Below, piece after piece: positions 1 to 8,447 of a stretch of DNA of 64,000 nt. The number at the start of each line of letters is the position of its first letter. Position 1 is the stretch's first letter. Source of the DNA: Candidatus Neptunichlamydia sp. GTDB lineage: Bacteria; Chlamydiota; Chlamydiia; Chlamydiales; Simkaniaceae. Where the stretch lies: NCBI GenBank assembly GCA_965233865.1, contig OZ247587.1:1632001-1696000 (forward strand), read 5' to 3'. A model generated the notes under the pieces. The model was not told the origin of the DNA and ran no database searches. It was given only the letters and a program-made list of their open reading frames with translations. The translations under genes were made by a program, and so were the position numbers.

Positions 1-81
1 TTTAGTTTTACGTTGACAGAGAGTTGTTGCGCTCAAAAGAATCCTTATAATATCATTGGGAGCCAATTTAGTAGAGGAATT

Positions 82-1278
82 ATGGATTTTTCGCTTAGAA
101 AAGCCATCGGCGGAGCTCTTCTTGTCGGGGGGACGGCCATTGGTGCCGGCATGCTTGCTCTTCCGGTTGTTACGGGGATGGGAGGATTTCTTCCCGCGAC
201 GGTTATTTTTATCATTTGTTGGATATTTAGTGTATGTACAGGGCTACTTCTTTTAGAAGTTTGTTTATGGATGCCTAATGATGCCAATATTATTTCAATG
301 GTTCATCGCCTCCTAGGCCCTGTTGGTAAAATTGCCGCTTGGATTCTCTATATCTTCCTGTTCTACTGTTTAACCATTGCTTATGTGGATGGAGGAGGAG
401 GATTCGTTGTTGCTCTTTTTGGGGGCAAGATTCCCTATGTGGCGGGATTAATCATCTTTTCTGCAATCTTTGGCTTTTGTGTTTATTTGGGAACGGCAGT
501 TGTAGATCGAATCAATTTTTTATTGATGGTTGGACTGGGATTAGCATTTCTTGTTTTTGTGATTCTTGGCTTTGGCGAAGTGAAGCTTGAAAATCTTTCG
601 CGTGCACGTTGGATTCCATCGTTTCTAGCTCTTCCTGTGATGTTTACTTCCTTTAGCTACCAGGGGATCGTCCCTAGTTTGACAACCTATCTCGGCCGCC
701 ACCCCAAGGTGGTCCGCTTTGCTATTTTAGTTGGGACTTCCTTGCCCTTTTTTGGGTATATTTTATGGGAGTATTTGATTTTAGGAATTATTCCTGTTGC
801 AGGTTCAAGCGGCCTGCTGCAGGCTCAGGCAATGGGGCAAACGGCTATTGAGCCCTTAAAGAAAATTTTCCCCAACTCTCCCATTTATTTGACTGGGCAG
901 TTCTTTAGCGCCTTTGCTCTTACAACTTCCTTTCTAGGAGTGACATTGGGACTTTTAGACTTTTTATCGGATGGTCTTCAATTGGCAAAGGTAGGCTTTA
1001 AGAAGGTCCTCTTATGTGCGATTATGTACATTCCCCCGATTATTATTGTTTCGGTCAATCCAGGCATTTTCCTGAAGGCCTTGGGGTATGCAGGGGGCAT
1101 TGGTTGCGCCCTTTTATTAGGTTTAATACCAGTATTGATGGTCTGGGTTGGAAGGTATCGCAAAGACTATTCTAAGCTTAATCAACAACTTCCAGGAGGG
1201 AAACCTGTTTTAATTGCCCTCTTTTTGTTTATTGTGTTTGAGCTAGCAATTGAGTTGACTCAGGAATTTATTTTATGA
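82..1278 (+). CDS. tyrP: Tyrosine/tryptophan-specific transporter (TyrP/Mtr family)
   Basis: GGALLVGGTAIGAGMLALP N-terminal motif and many TM segments. ATG at 82 follows an AGAGGA RBS (ORF track starts at 13). Confidence 0.88.
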   Translation: MDFSLRKAIGGALLVGGTAIGAGMLALPVVTGMGGFLPATVIFIICWIFSVCTGLLLLEVCLWMPNDANIISMVHRLLGPVGKIAAWILYIFLFYCLTIAYVDGGGGFVVALFGGKIPYVAGLIIFSAIFGFCVYLGTAVVDRINFLLMVGLGLAFLVFVILGFGEVKLENLSRARWIPSFLALPVMFTSFSYQGIVPSLTTYLGRHPKVVRFAILVGTSLPFFGYILWEYLILGIIPVAGSSGLLQAQAMGQTAIEPLKKIFPNSPIYLTGQFFSAFALTTSFLGVTLGLLDFLSDGLQLAKVGFKKVLLCAIMYIPPIIIVSVNPGIFLKALGYAGGIGCALLLGLIPVLMVWVGRYRKDYSKLNQQLPGGKPVLIALFLFIVFELAIELTQEFIL

Positions 1279-1643
1279 CTTGTCCTTGCGGGTCTGGAAA
1301 GGATTATTCTAAATGTTGTGGACCTTATATTGAGGGGGAAGCAAACTCTCCAACTCCTGAGTCTTTGATGCGTTCTCGTTATACGGCCTATACCCAAAAT
1401 AATCTCGACTATATTGAAAAGACGGTGAGAGGAGAGGCATTTAAGCAGTTTGAACGAAAGAGAACTGGGGGTGTGGAGTGGGTTAAGCTTGACGTTCTCT
1501 TTAGCGAAGAAGAGGGCGGTGAGGGAACTGTCCAGTTCATTGCGCATTTTCGTCATCAAGGAGCGGAGCAGCTACTGCATGAAATTAGCTCTTTTCAAAA
1601 AGTTGATGGGAAGTGGTACTACACAAAAGGTATTGTGAATTAA
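1275..1643 (+). CDS. ychJ: YchJ family SEC-C motif protein
   Basis: CPCGSGKDYSKCC, LMRSRYTAY and VQFIAHF...E.S.F....G.WYY motifs. Confidence 0.9.
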   Translation: MTCPCGSGKDYSKCCGPYIEGEANSPTPESLMRSRYTAYTQNNLDYIEKTVRGEAFKQFERKRTGGVEWVKLDVLFSEEEGGEGTVQFIAHFRHQGAEQLLHEISSFQKVDGKWYYTKGIVN

Positions 1644-2085
1644 GGCTGAGAAACTCATCTTTCCAGTAGTAGTGGTCGAGGAGACCAGATGTTTCGTATC
1701 CGAGGATATAGTAGGCAATAAAAAGAGCTTCCACTGAGGCGAGGCCTCGGTCAGGGTCCGCGCAGTCTGTTTGTTTGCGAGGATAGGCGGTTCGAAAATA
1801 GGAAGGGAGGCTTCGATAAACCCATTTTTCTTTCTGGGGGATTTGCCGATACATGACAGCCGCATACTTCCATGTCCCATCGATTAAGAAAAGGGGGAAG
1901 TGATCCTCTTTTGTCAGAGGAGGGGCATCCAAGCTGAGGAGAATTCCTTTTTCAATAAAGGGAATCGGGTCCTTTGGATAGGTTAAAAAGAGCATATCTT
2001 CTCGCTGTTCTAGTCCGCGAAGACTGCACTTTTTTAAATTTTCTCTACGGTGACGTAGAATAGTTGTCGAAAGAAATGGCTTCAT
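1585..2085 (-). CDS. DTW-domain protein (putative aminocarboxypropyltransferase, TapT/Tsr3-like)
   Basis: DGTW motif, ENLKKCSL and LASVEAL. Confidence 0.7.
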   Translation of the reverse strand: MKPFLSTTILRHRRENLKKCSLRGLEQREDMLFLTYPKDPIPFIEKGILLSLDAPPLTKEDHFPLFLIDGTWKYAAVMYRQIPQKEKWVYRSLPSYFRTAYPRKQTDCADPDRGLASVEALFIAYYILGYETSGLLDHYYWKDEFLSLNSQYLLCSTTSHQLFEKS

Positions 2086-2131
2086 TTTTTATACGTGTAT
2101 TTTATAGTGCTTTAACTTTTGGAGCAAGAAT

Positions 2132-3022
2132 ATGAAGCTATCAATCATTTTTCTATTCCTTTCGGGAGTGCTTTTTGCCTCTCCGCATGTGACAAAGGAC
2201 TATTCAAAAGGGAGGGATCTTGCGGAGGGGCATGACCTTCCTCTTGCGCTTGTTTTCACCGGTTCCGATTGGTCTGAGCACTCAAAGACTTTGATAGAAG
2301 AAATATTTAAAAAACTTCCATCAGAGCTTATTTTTGTTCAAGTGGACTTTCCTGAAATGAACATTCAAAGCGAAGCGGTTTTGATTCAAAACTGCGCTTT
2401 AAAAGAAAAGTATGGGGTCGAGAATTTCCCCACGATTGTTCTTCTGAATTCTAAAGAGGAAGAAATCTCTCGAATGGGATATCCCATCAAGGGAGTAGAG
2501 GATTTTGGAAAGCATTTAAAAGAAGTTGGGCGTCGCTCTTATTTGCTAGAAAAACGGTTTGAAGAGGCAAAGCAGAGCAAAAAGGTTGGAGAACTCAAAT
2601 ATTGCTATGAAAAGGCCTGTTCCATGGGGGCCAAGAGTCTTGCTCGCACTATACTAAATGTGGGAGGAGATGTGGTTCCTGAGCTTATGCTTGAAAAATA
2701 CATTGCTCTTCGAGGAACAAAGGAAGGGAATGCATTACGCGTAGCACTTAATGCTATCGAAAGTAGGGAGGTTGCTTATCGACTAGCTCTTCTTGATTTT
2801 CAAGAAAAAAATAGCATTAAGCCTCTTGAGCAATTTATCAATAAGTTTGGGGAAAAGAGTGCTGACCGCTGCTGGAAAATGCATCTTGTGATTTCTGAGT
2901 TTATGGAGGCTAAGGAAGAAGCTCTTGAACATGCGCAGATTTCCCATCGATTTGCTCCAAGTGAAGAGAAATCAAACATCGCTAAAATTATTTCCAGGAT
3001 GTTACTTTCAGAATCTCCTTAG
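2132..3022 (+). CDS. Secreted thioredoxin-fold (DsbH-like) protein with SxxS instead of CxxC and a helical C-terminal domain
   Basis: Signal peptide, FTGSDWSEHS, VDFP and YGVENFPTIVLL. Confidence 0.75.
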   Translation: MKLSIIFLFLSGVLFASPHVTKDYSKGRDLAEGHDLPLALVFTGSDWSEHSKTLIEEIFKKLPSELIFVQVDFPEMNIQSEAVLIQNCALKEKYGVENFPTIVLLNSKEEEISRMGYPIKGVEDFGKHLKEVGRRSYLLEKRFEEAKQSKKVGELKYCYEKACSMGAKSLARTILNVGGDVVPELMLEKYIALRGTKEGNALRVALNAIESREVAYRLALLDFQEKNSIKPLEQFINKFGEKSADRCWKMHLVISEFMEAKEEALEHAQISHRFAPSEEKSNIAKIISRMLLSESP

Positions 3023-4946
3023 GGATTTCAAAAAGAAAGCGAGAGGGGTTGCAACTAACAACTTTTCCGTGTGTTGTCCTTTGGCGTGACATGCTGAGGC
3101 ACAAAGCTTCCATTGCGCGGGTGATCGCAACATAGAGAAGGCGGCGCTCTTCTTCAATTCCTTCTTTTGTTTGAGATTTGAGATGGGGGATCAGATGATC
3201 CTCAAGGCCCACTAGAAAAACAGCGGGGTATTCGAGGCCTTTTGCACTGTGAAAGGTCATGAGGCTGAGTGTGTCATTTCCAAAAAGGTCTTTCTTTCGG
3301 CCTTTATAGTTATTGAGCAACGAAGAGGATAGGAAATCATGAAGAGAGGCCCCTTCCCCTTTTTCATAGGTTTGCATCGCGGAGATAAAAGCTTGAATAT
3401 TTTCCCACTTTGCCTCTTGAACCGTGTCAGTTTTAAACTCCTTCATCAGAGCTGTTTTGTAGTCGATCTTTTCGAGGAGCCATTTGAGCCCTTGAGAAAG
3501 TGAAAGGGATTGGAATTTTTCTGCCATTTCCTGGTATAGAATTACAAAATTATCAATACCTTGTGATCCTCTAGAGCTAATGGAAAGTTCTGGGTATTCA
3601 CCTTGAGTAATTTTTTTCATGACAGCAAGAAGAGGAAGGCGCTTGCGACGGTTGAACTGGGTAATGGTATCGAGAGTTTTATCAGAGATGCCTCGCCTTG
3701 GGTAATTAACAATGCGGAGGAGTGCTTCCTGATCTTTAGGGTTTGAAATGATGCGTAGATAAGCCATTAAATCTTTCACTTCGCCCCTTTCAAAAAACCC
3801 CATTCCTCCAAAGACTTGATAGGGGATTCCTCGAACCCACTGTCCTTCGCTTCTCCATACAGTTTGCATAAGAGAGAGTTCAAAGGAGCGGGCCAAATTA
3901 TTCGAACGGTAGAGGATGGCAATGTCTTTCCACTGGTAATTTTTTTCCTCTCTGAATTGGAGGATACGTTGGATCACAGATTCTACCTCTTCTTGCTCAG
4001 AAGGGGCATTAAAAATCTCAAGGGTTTCTCCTTCCTTGGCATTGGTTTGCAAGATCTTTTTGTGCCTATGAACATTATTCTTAATCACCGCATTGGCAGC
4101 CTGCAGAATCCGGGAGGTTGAGCGGTAGTTTTGTTCGAGCTTAATGGTGGTTTCCGCAGGAAAATTGAGAATGTGCTCAATTTCAGCTCCCCGCCAGGCG
4201 TAGATTGATTGGTCATCATCTCCGACAACGCAGAGATTACGGTATTTTTTAGAGAGGAGTGAGGCGAGGCGATATTGAATGGGGTTAGTGTCCTGGTATT
4301 CATCGATCATGATGTAGCGGAAACGGTCTTGATATTTTTCAAGAATCTCTGGGAAGCTTTCAAAGAGTTCAACGGTAAGAGTGAGAAGACTGTCAAAATC
4401 GAGTGCATTGTAGGCTCTCATCGCAATCCGAAGGGATTCGTAAACCTCTTTAATGAAGATATCTTGCTTTGAGTCGCTTGTTTTTGGAAAATCTTCGACT
4501 GCGAGTCCTTTACCCTTTATATAAGAAATCGCTGTGATAATCGGTTCTAGTGAAAGCTCTTCCCCATCAAAAAGTTCTTCAGCTACTTGCATAATGAGGC
4601 GGCGCATATCCTTTTCATCATATAAGGAGAATTTTTGGGTAAATCCAAGCCGGTGGATCTCTTTTCGGAGTATTTTCATGCAAAAACTGTGGAAGGTGGA
4701 AAGAGAAACCCGTAGCGCCTCTTCAGTGGAAACAATTTTTGCGACGCGCTCTCGCATCTCCTCCGCTGCTTTATTGGTAAAGGTGAGGCCAAGTATTGCT
4801 GTAGGCGAGATTTTTTTATCTTGAATAAGGTGAGCAATACGATGAACAAGAACGCGCGTTTTTCCACTCCCTGCCCCTGCAAGAATAAGGACATGGCCTT
4901 CAGTGGAGGTGACTGCTTTTTGCTGATTTGGATTTAGTTTGGACAC
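2988..4946 (-). CDS. uvrD: UvrD/Rep/PcrA family DNA helicase
   Basis: AGAGSGKT, DEYQDTN, VGDDDQSIY, EQNYRS, TFHSAKGLE and EERRLLYVAITRA motifs. Confidence 0.93.
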   Translation of the reverse strand: MSKLNPNQQKAVTSTEGHVLILAGAGSGKTRVLVHRIAHLIQDKKISPTAILGLTFTNKAAEEMRERVAKIVSTEEALRVSLSTFHSFCMKILRKEIHRLGFTQKFSLYDEKDMRRLIMQVAEELFDGEELSLEPIITAISYIKGKGLAVEDFPKTSDSKQDIFIKEVYESLRIAMRAYNALDFDSLLTLTVELFESFPEILEKYQDRFRYIMIDEYQDTNPIQYRLASLLSKKYRNLCVVGDDDQSIYAWRGAEIEHILNFPAETTIKLEQNYRSTSRILQAANAVIKNNVHRHKKILQTNAKEGETLEIFNAPSEQEEVESVIQRILQFREEKNYQWKDIAILYRSNNLARSFELSLMQTVWRSEGQWVRGIPYQVFGGMGFFERGEVKDLMAYLRIISNPKDQEALLRIVNYPRRGISDKTLDTITQFNRRKRLPLLAVMKKITQGEYPELSISSRGSQGIDNFVILYQEMAEKFQSLSLSQGLKWLLEKIDYKTALMKEFKTDTVQEAKWENIQAFISAMQTYEKGEGASLHDFLSSSLLNNYKGRKKDLFGNDTLSLMTFHSAKGLEYPAVFLVGLEDHLIPHLKSQTKEGIEEERRLLYVAITRAMEALCLSMSRQRTTHGKVVSCNPSRFLFEIPKEILKVTSWK

Positions 4947-5277
4947 AGAAATCGCTCAATCGTTTTAATTCTATCGTAACTTCCTCTGCACTAAGATCTT
5001 TATACCCCTCGCGGGGGTGGGCATTCAGCATGAGCCCAGTGCTGAGCTCTGGGTAGGACCTGCGAAATCCTTCTCGAACAACCCTCTTGAAGCGGTTGCG
5101 GTCATGGGCCTTCCCCCACTTTTTTGTAATAGTGATTCCTAATTGGGGAGAATGTGGATCCTTTAGGAGATAAAAGAATGTTAGACGGTGGCCCACAAAC
5201 TTTCTACCTCGCTGATATACCTCACGAAACTCACGTCTAGCAAGGAGACGGTGCAGCTTTGAAAAGTTTAGTTTCAC
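4900..5277 (-). CDS. rnpA: Ribonuclease P protein component
   Basis: [23 protein letters not shown] (RNR motif); lies directly downstream of rpmH. Confidence 0.93.
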   Translation of the reverse strand: MKLNFSKLHRLLARREFREVYQRGRKFVGHRLTFFYLLKDPHSPQLGITITKKWGKAHDRNRFKRVVREGFRRSYPELSTGLMLNAHPREGYKDLSAEEVTIELKRLSDFCVQTKSKSAKSSHLH

Positions 5278-5408
5278 ACACCGAGACGCTTTCGCCCTTT
5301 TTGTCGTTTTTTGTTAATGAGCCTGCGTCCGGATACAGTCTTCATGCGAGAGCGAAATCCATGGGTCTTTTTGCGTCGTCGCTTACTAGGTTGATAGGTC
5401 CGTTTCAT
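5274..5408 (-). CDS. rpmH: 50S ribosomal protein L34 (not in ORF track)
   Basis: Manual translation [44 protein letters not shown]; its TGA overlaps the rnpA GTG. Confidence 0.96.
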   Translation of the reverse strand: MKRTYQPSKRRRKKTHGFRSRMKTVSGRRLINKKRQKGRKRLGV

Positions 5409-5567
5409 TGTCTATAAACTCTTTATTTTCCACTAAAAGAAACCATTCTACACAAATTACGAAATAGGTTCAACCCACAACATTTTTTTTTATTTCTTTA
5501 ATGACGTTGTCAAGAAATAGAGAATCCGTTATATTGGTTGCTACTATCTGAAATTTAGGATTTACTT

Positions 5568-5705
5568 ATGAAAGTGCGTGCATCTGTAAAAGCAGATCCC
5601 GGTAAAGGGGATAAGGTTGTTAGACGGCGGGGACGACTCTATGTGATTAACAAACGGAACCCCAACCGTAAGCAACGACAAAAAGGACCAGCTAGGAAAA
5701 AATAG
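5568..5705 (+). CDS. rpmJ: 50S ribosomal protein L36, cysteine-free type (not in ORF track)
   Basis: Manual translation [45 protein letters not shown]. Confidence 0.95.
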   Translation: MKVRASVKADPGKGDKVVRRRGRLYVINKRNPNRKQRQKGPARKK

Positions 5706-5712
5706 GAAAACT

Positions 5713-6018
5713 ATGGCTAGAAAAGCAATGATTGAAAAAGAGAAGAAGCGTGAGCGACTCGTTCGAATGAAATGGGAGCAACGGCAAGAACTCAAAAAAA
5801 TCGTTCGAAATCTCGAAATGAGTGATGAAGAACGAATAGATGCTCAAGATAAGCTCAATAAGCTTTCTCCAAACTCATCAAAAGTTCGTCTTCGTAACCG
5901 CTGCCGCCTTACAGGCCGCTGCCGCGGATACCTTCGTAAATTCAACTTATCTCGTTTGTGTTTCCGTGAGATGGCCCTTGCTGGTCTAATCCCGGGAGTC
6001 ACAAAATCCTCTTGGTAG
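5713..6018 (+). CDS. rpsN: 30S ribosomal protein S14 (long 101-aa form)
   Basis: [30 protein letters not shown]...IPGVTKSSW. Confidence 0.96.
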   Translation: MARKAMIEKEKKRERLVRMKWEQRQELKKIVRNLEMSDEERIDAQDKLNKLSPNSSKVRLRNRCRLTGRCRGYLRKFNLSRLCFREMALAGLIPGVTKSSW

Positions 6019-6054
6019 AGAATCTCTGATCTACTACAATTGATTTGGTATTAA

Positions 6055-6074
6055 AGCCCCTTTTTTAAGGGGCT
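6055..6074. terminator. Probable bidirectional hairpin terminator between rpsN and the convergent gene
   Basis: AGCCCCTT-TTTT-AAGGGGCT perfect inverted repeat. Confidence 0.55.
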
Positions 6075-6502
6075 CTTCTTATGCGAGCGTGGAGGTCTAT
6101 GAGATTTTCAAGGCGCACCCAGTTTTCCATATCTTCATTCCAAATATAGGTCGCTGCGATGATTTTGTCATCGTCCCATGCTTCTTGAAGGGCATAGAAA
6201 CTCATTGGACCAAATTGGGCTTTTTCTGAGTCTAGATAATACCAAAGCTTTTCTGGAGGTTTTTCGGAAATCTTCTCATTTAGGAAAACGGGAATCTCTG
6301 CTTTTTGCATTGGAGCTGCCATTGCCGTTGCTAGGGTTTCTTTTTGAGGGAGAAAGTAAAGAACAATTAATGCGATTACTCCAAGAGTTACTCCAAGAAA
6401 AAACCAAATTGCGGGGTTTTTCCCACGCCGTCTAGCCATTCTGAATGAAAGCCAACCTAAGGTGAGCCAAAAAATGATATAGAACAGTATGTACATATCC
6501 AA
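6065..6502 (-). CDS. Membrane protein with GYF_2/DUF4339 domain
   Basis: Two N-terminal TM helices, then WYYL...QFGPMS...L...TYIWNEDMENW. Confidence 0.8.
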   Translation of the reverse strand: MDMYILFYIIFWLTLGWLSFRMARRRGKNPAIWFFLGVTLGVIALIVLYFLPQKETLATAMAAPMQKAEIPVFLNEKISEKPPEKLWYYLDSEKAQFGPMSFYALQEAWDDDKIIAATYIWNEDMENWVRLENLIDLHARIRRAP

Positions 6503-6619
6503 AATCTCAAAGTTCTCCCCACTCTACCACAAAAGAATAATAAAAGAGTTGAAAATATTGCTTATATAGTTTTATATGCTCACATATTTTCAAGAAACCT
6601 TAAATGAAAAGGGCTAAAA

Positions 6620-7366
6620 ATGCTACCGAATCAAGTTGAATCGTCTTATGTTTCTCACTACGATGCAATTCATCATACAAACCTTCTGCATGGAGTCAAA
6701 GTTAATGTAGGAAAGCTTACTGAATCCGGTTGGAAAACCATCGATATTGATAAAGAAAATGAAACCTATTACCACATCCGAACCATTTGCCAAAAAATTG
6801 CGGAGGAATTTTTTAAGAATAAGAAAGCAAAGGACTTTATTCCGTGTGATTTTCAATCTCGTCCCATTCTCGGTATTCAATTGGATGGTGATTTCAAAAA
6901 GAATGCACTGATTGAGTTTGCATCGAGGCAAGCTGCTGAGGAGGAGGAAGAGCCGCCGCTATCTCCTTCTAGTGATGCATTGGTAAAAACCTTGACCGCT
7001 AAGCTTATTGAAGCTTTTGAAAAATCTGGAATGAATGATGAATGTTGTAAGTTGAGTCTCGCAAGAATGCAAGAAATTCGTGATGAAGTTTTTGATAAAA
7101 AAGAGAGAGCTAAGAAAATGAAACCAATCTCTTTTAGAAGAGATTATAACGTAGCTCCACTAGCATCGAATCGAGCTAGCGACAACCCAGAGGGTTGCTG
7201 CAGTCCTACAGTTGTTGCTACCGCAGGGCTGTTATCAGGGCTCTTTGTGGTAGTATCATTATTTGATAAGATGTTTTCAAACAAAAATGAGAGAGGTCAA
7301 AGAGTGACTAGAGTGAATAATTTTGGTCTAAATACTCAGGTGAATAGTCGTGGCACTATTTATTGA
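6620..7366 (+). CDS. Hypothetical protein with a near-C-terminal hydrophobic segment
   Basis: 248-aa ORF in its own intergenic slot; no recognised family. Confidence 0.6.
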   Translation: MLPNQVESSYVSHYDAIHHTNLLHGVKVNVGKLTESGWKTIDIDKENETYYHIRTICQKIAEEFFKNKKAKDFIPCDFQSRPILGIQLDGDFKKNALIEFASRQAAEEEEEPPLSPSSDALVKTLTAKLIEAFEKSGMNDECCKLSLARMQEIRDEVFDKKERAKKMKPISFRRDYNVAPLASNRASDNPEGCCSPTVVATAGLLSGLFVVVSLFDKMFSNKNERGQRVTRVNNFGLNTQVNSRGTIY

Positions 7367-7399
7367 TTATTTTGTAAACTAATAGGAAACAGAGGTGAA

Positions 7400-7855
7400 A
7401 TGATGCATGACCAATTTAAAGAGCTCGATACAAAAGAGCTAAAGTTCGCTGATACGGTCTTTGTAAGAGACATTGAAACGCGTGTTTTTCAAGCAATAGT
7501 TATCAAATGTTTGGCAGATATCGAGGGTGTTTCTCTTTTGGAAGGAAACCTTTTGGATAACTTGCTTGGAAGAGAAGGAAATGAAAGGATCAAAGGGATC
7601 CATGTGGAGCAGGATTCTAAAAATCATTCCGTTAGCATTAAGGTTGAAGTGAATGTAGCCCACGGGATTTCTATCCCTGAAAAGGCAGAAGAATTGCAGT
7701 CAAAGATCACTGGAGAAGTGTGTAAATTAACAGGACTCCATGTCTCTTGCGTTCACGTTGTCTTTAAGGCTCTGATTTCCGATACACCATTCGAGCAGAT
7801 TATCGAAGAAGAGATTGAAAAGGAAGAAGAAGAGTTTAATTCGGAAAAATTCTGA
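7400..7855 (+). CDS. Asp23/Gls24 family envelope stress response protein
   Basis: VEVNVAHGISIPEKAEELQSKI...LTGLHVSCVHV. Confidence 0.88.
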   Translation: MMHDQFKELDTKELKFADTVFVRDIETRVFQAIVIKCLADIEGVSLLEGNLLDNLLGREGNERIKGIHVEQDSKNHSVSIKVEVNVAHGISIPEKAEELQSKITGEVCKLTGLHVSCVHVVFKALISDTPFEQIIEEEIEKEEEEFNSEKF

Positions 7856-8447
7856 TGAGAACCGGTAATATTCTCTTTTCAGCTGTCCATTTTTTTGTTG
7901 TTTTGTGTGTGCTAGGGTTGAGTTTTTTCTTCTTAGCCCTTCCACATGCGGATTATTTTAGGATACAGCTTATCAACTTCCTGGAAGATACACACAGTAT
8001 GTGCACTCTTATTGGGGGAATCATCCTAGGGGTTGGAGCAATTCTTTTTATGGCGGCTTACCTCTTAAACCGCAGGCAATATGTGAGCCTAGAAATGGAG
8101 GGAGTTTCTGTCGATATTGAAGAGGGGGTATAGCTAAAGTGACTTAAATTAGTTATTGTCAGTACTCCCTGAAAATCCTATTTATTCCATAGATGGTATA
8201 ACTAAAACAACTCAATTTAGCTATAATCTAAAGTTGCGCGAAGGCCTACTTTCAAAAGAGGTTTCCTGATTTTGAGTCTGTTTTCGAAGTTGTAATTCGC
8301 GGAAAATCAACGATTGAAATTATGACATCCCTCCCCGTTCCTCAAGAGGAAGCGTTTTTCAAAGAGGTAGAAGAGAAATTGGGCTTTATTTTGGCTCGGC
8401 ATTTAGGGTATCAAAAACCCTTTACCGTGACGTTTGTTGAAAACTGA
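7855..8447 (+). pseudogene. Membrane protein gene split by a 93-bp MITE
   Basis: Removing 8131-8225 rejoins ...IEEGV to I*SCAKAYFQKRFPDFES...LARHLGYQKPFTVTFVEN* in frame, leaving one internal TAA. Confidence 0.78.
8131..8223. mobile_element. 93-bp IS630-derived MITE, copy 1
   Basis: TA on both flanks; imperfect 26-bp TIRs TAGCTAAAGTGACTTAAATTAGTTAT / ATAACTAAAACAACTCAATTTAGCTA; 84/93 identical to 16137-16229. Confidence 0.9.

Noticed and set aside
5562..5795. Minus-strand 77-aa ORF
   Set aside because: Antisense shadow of rpmJ/rpsN; the same applies to most short ORFs nested in housekeeping genes.
5568..6018. Cysteine-free L36 and long-form S14 as a zinc-starvation paralogue operon
   Set aside because: These forms in this arrangement are the standard chlamydial copies, and no Zur box was recognised.
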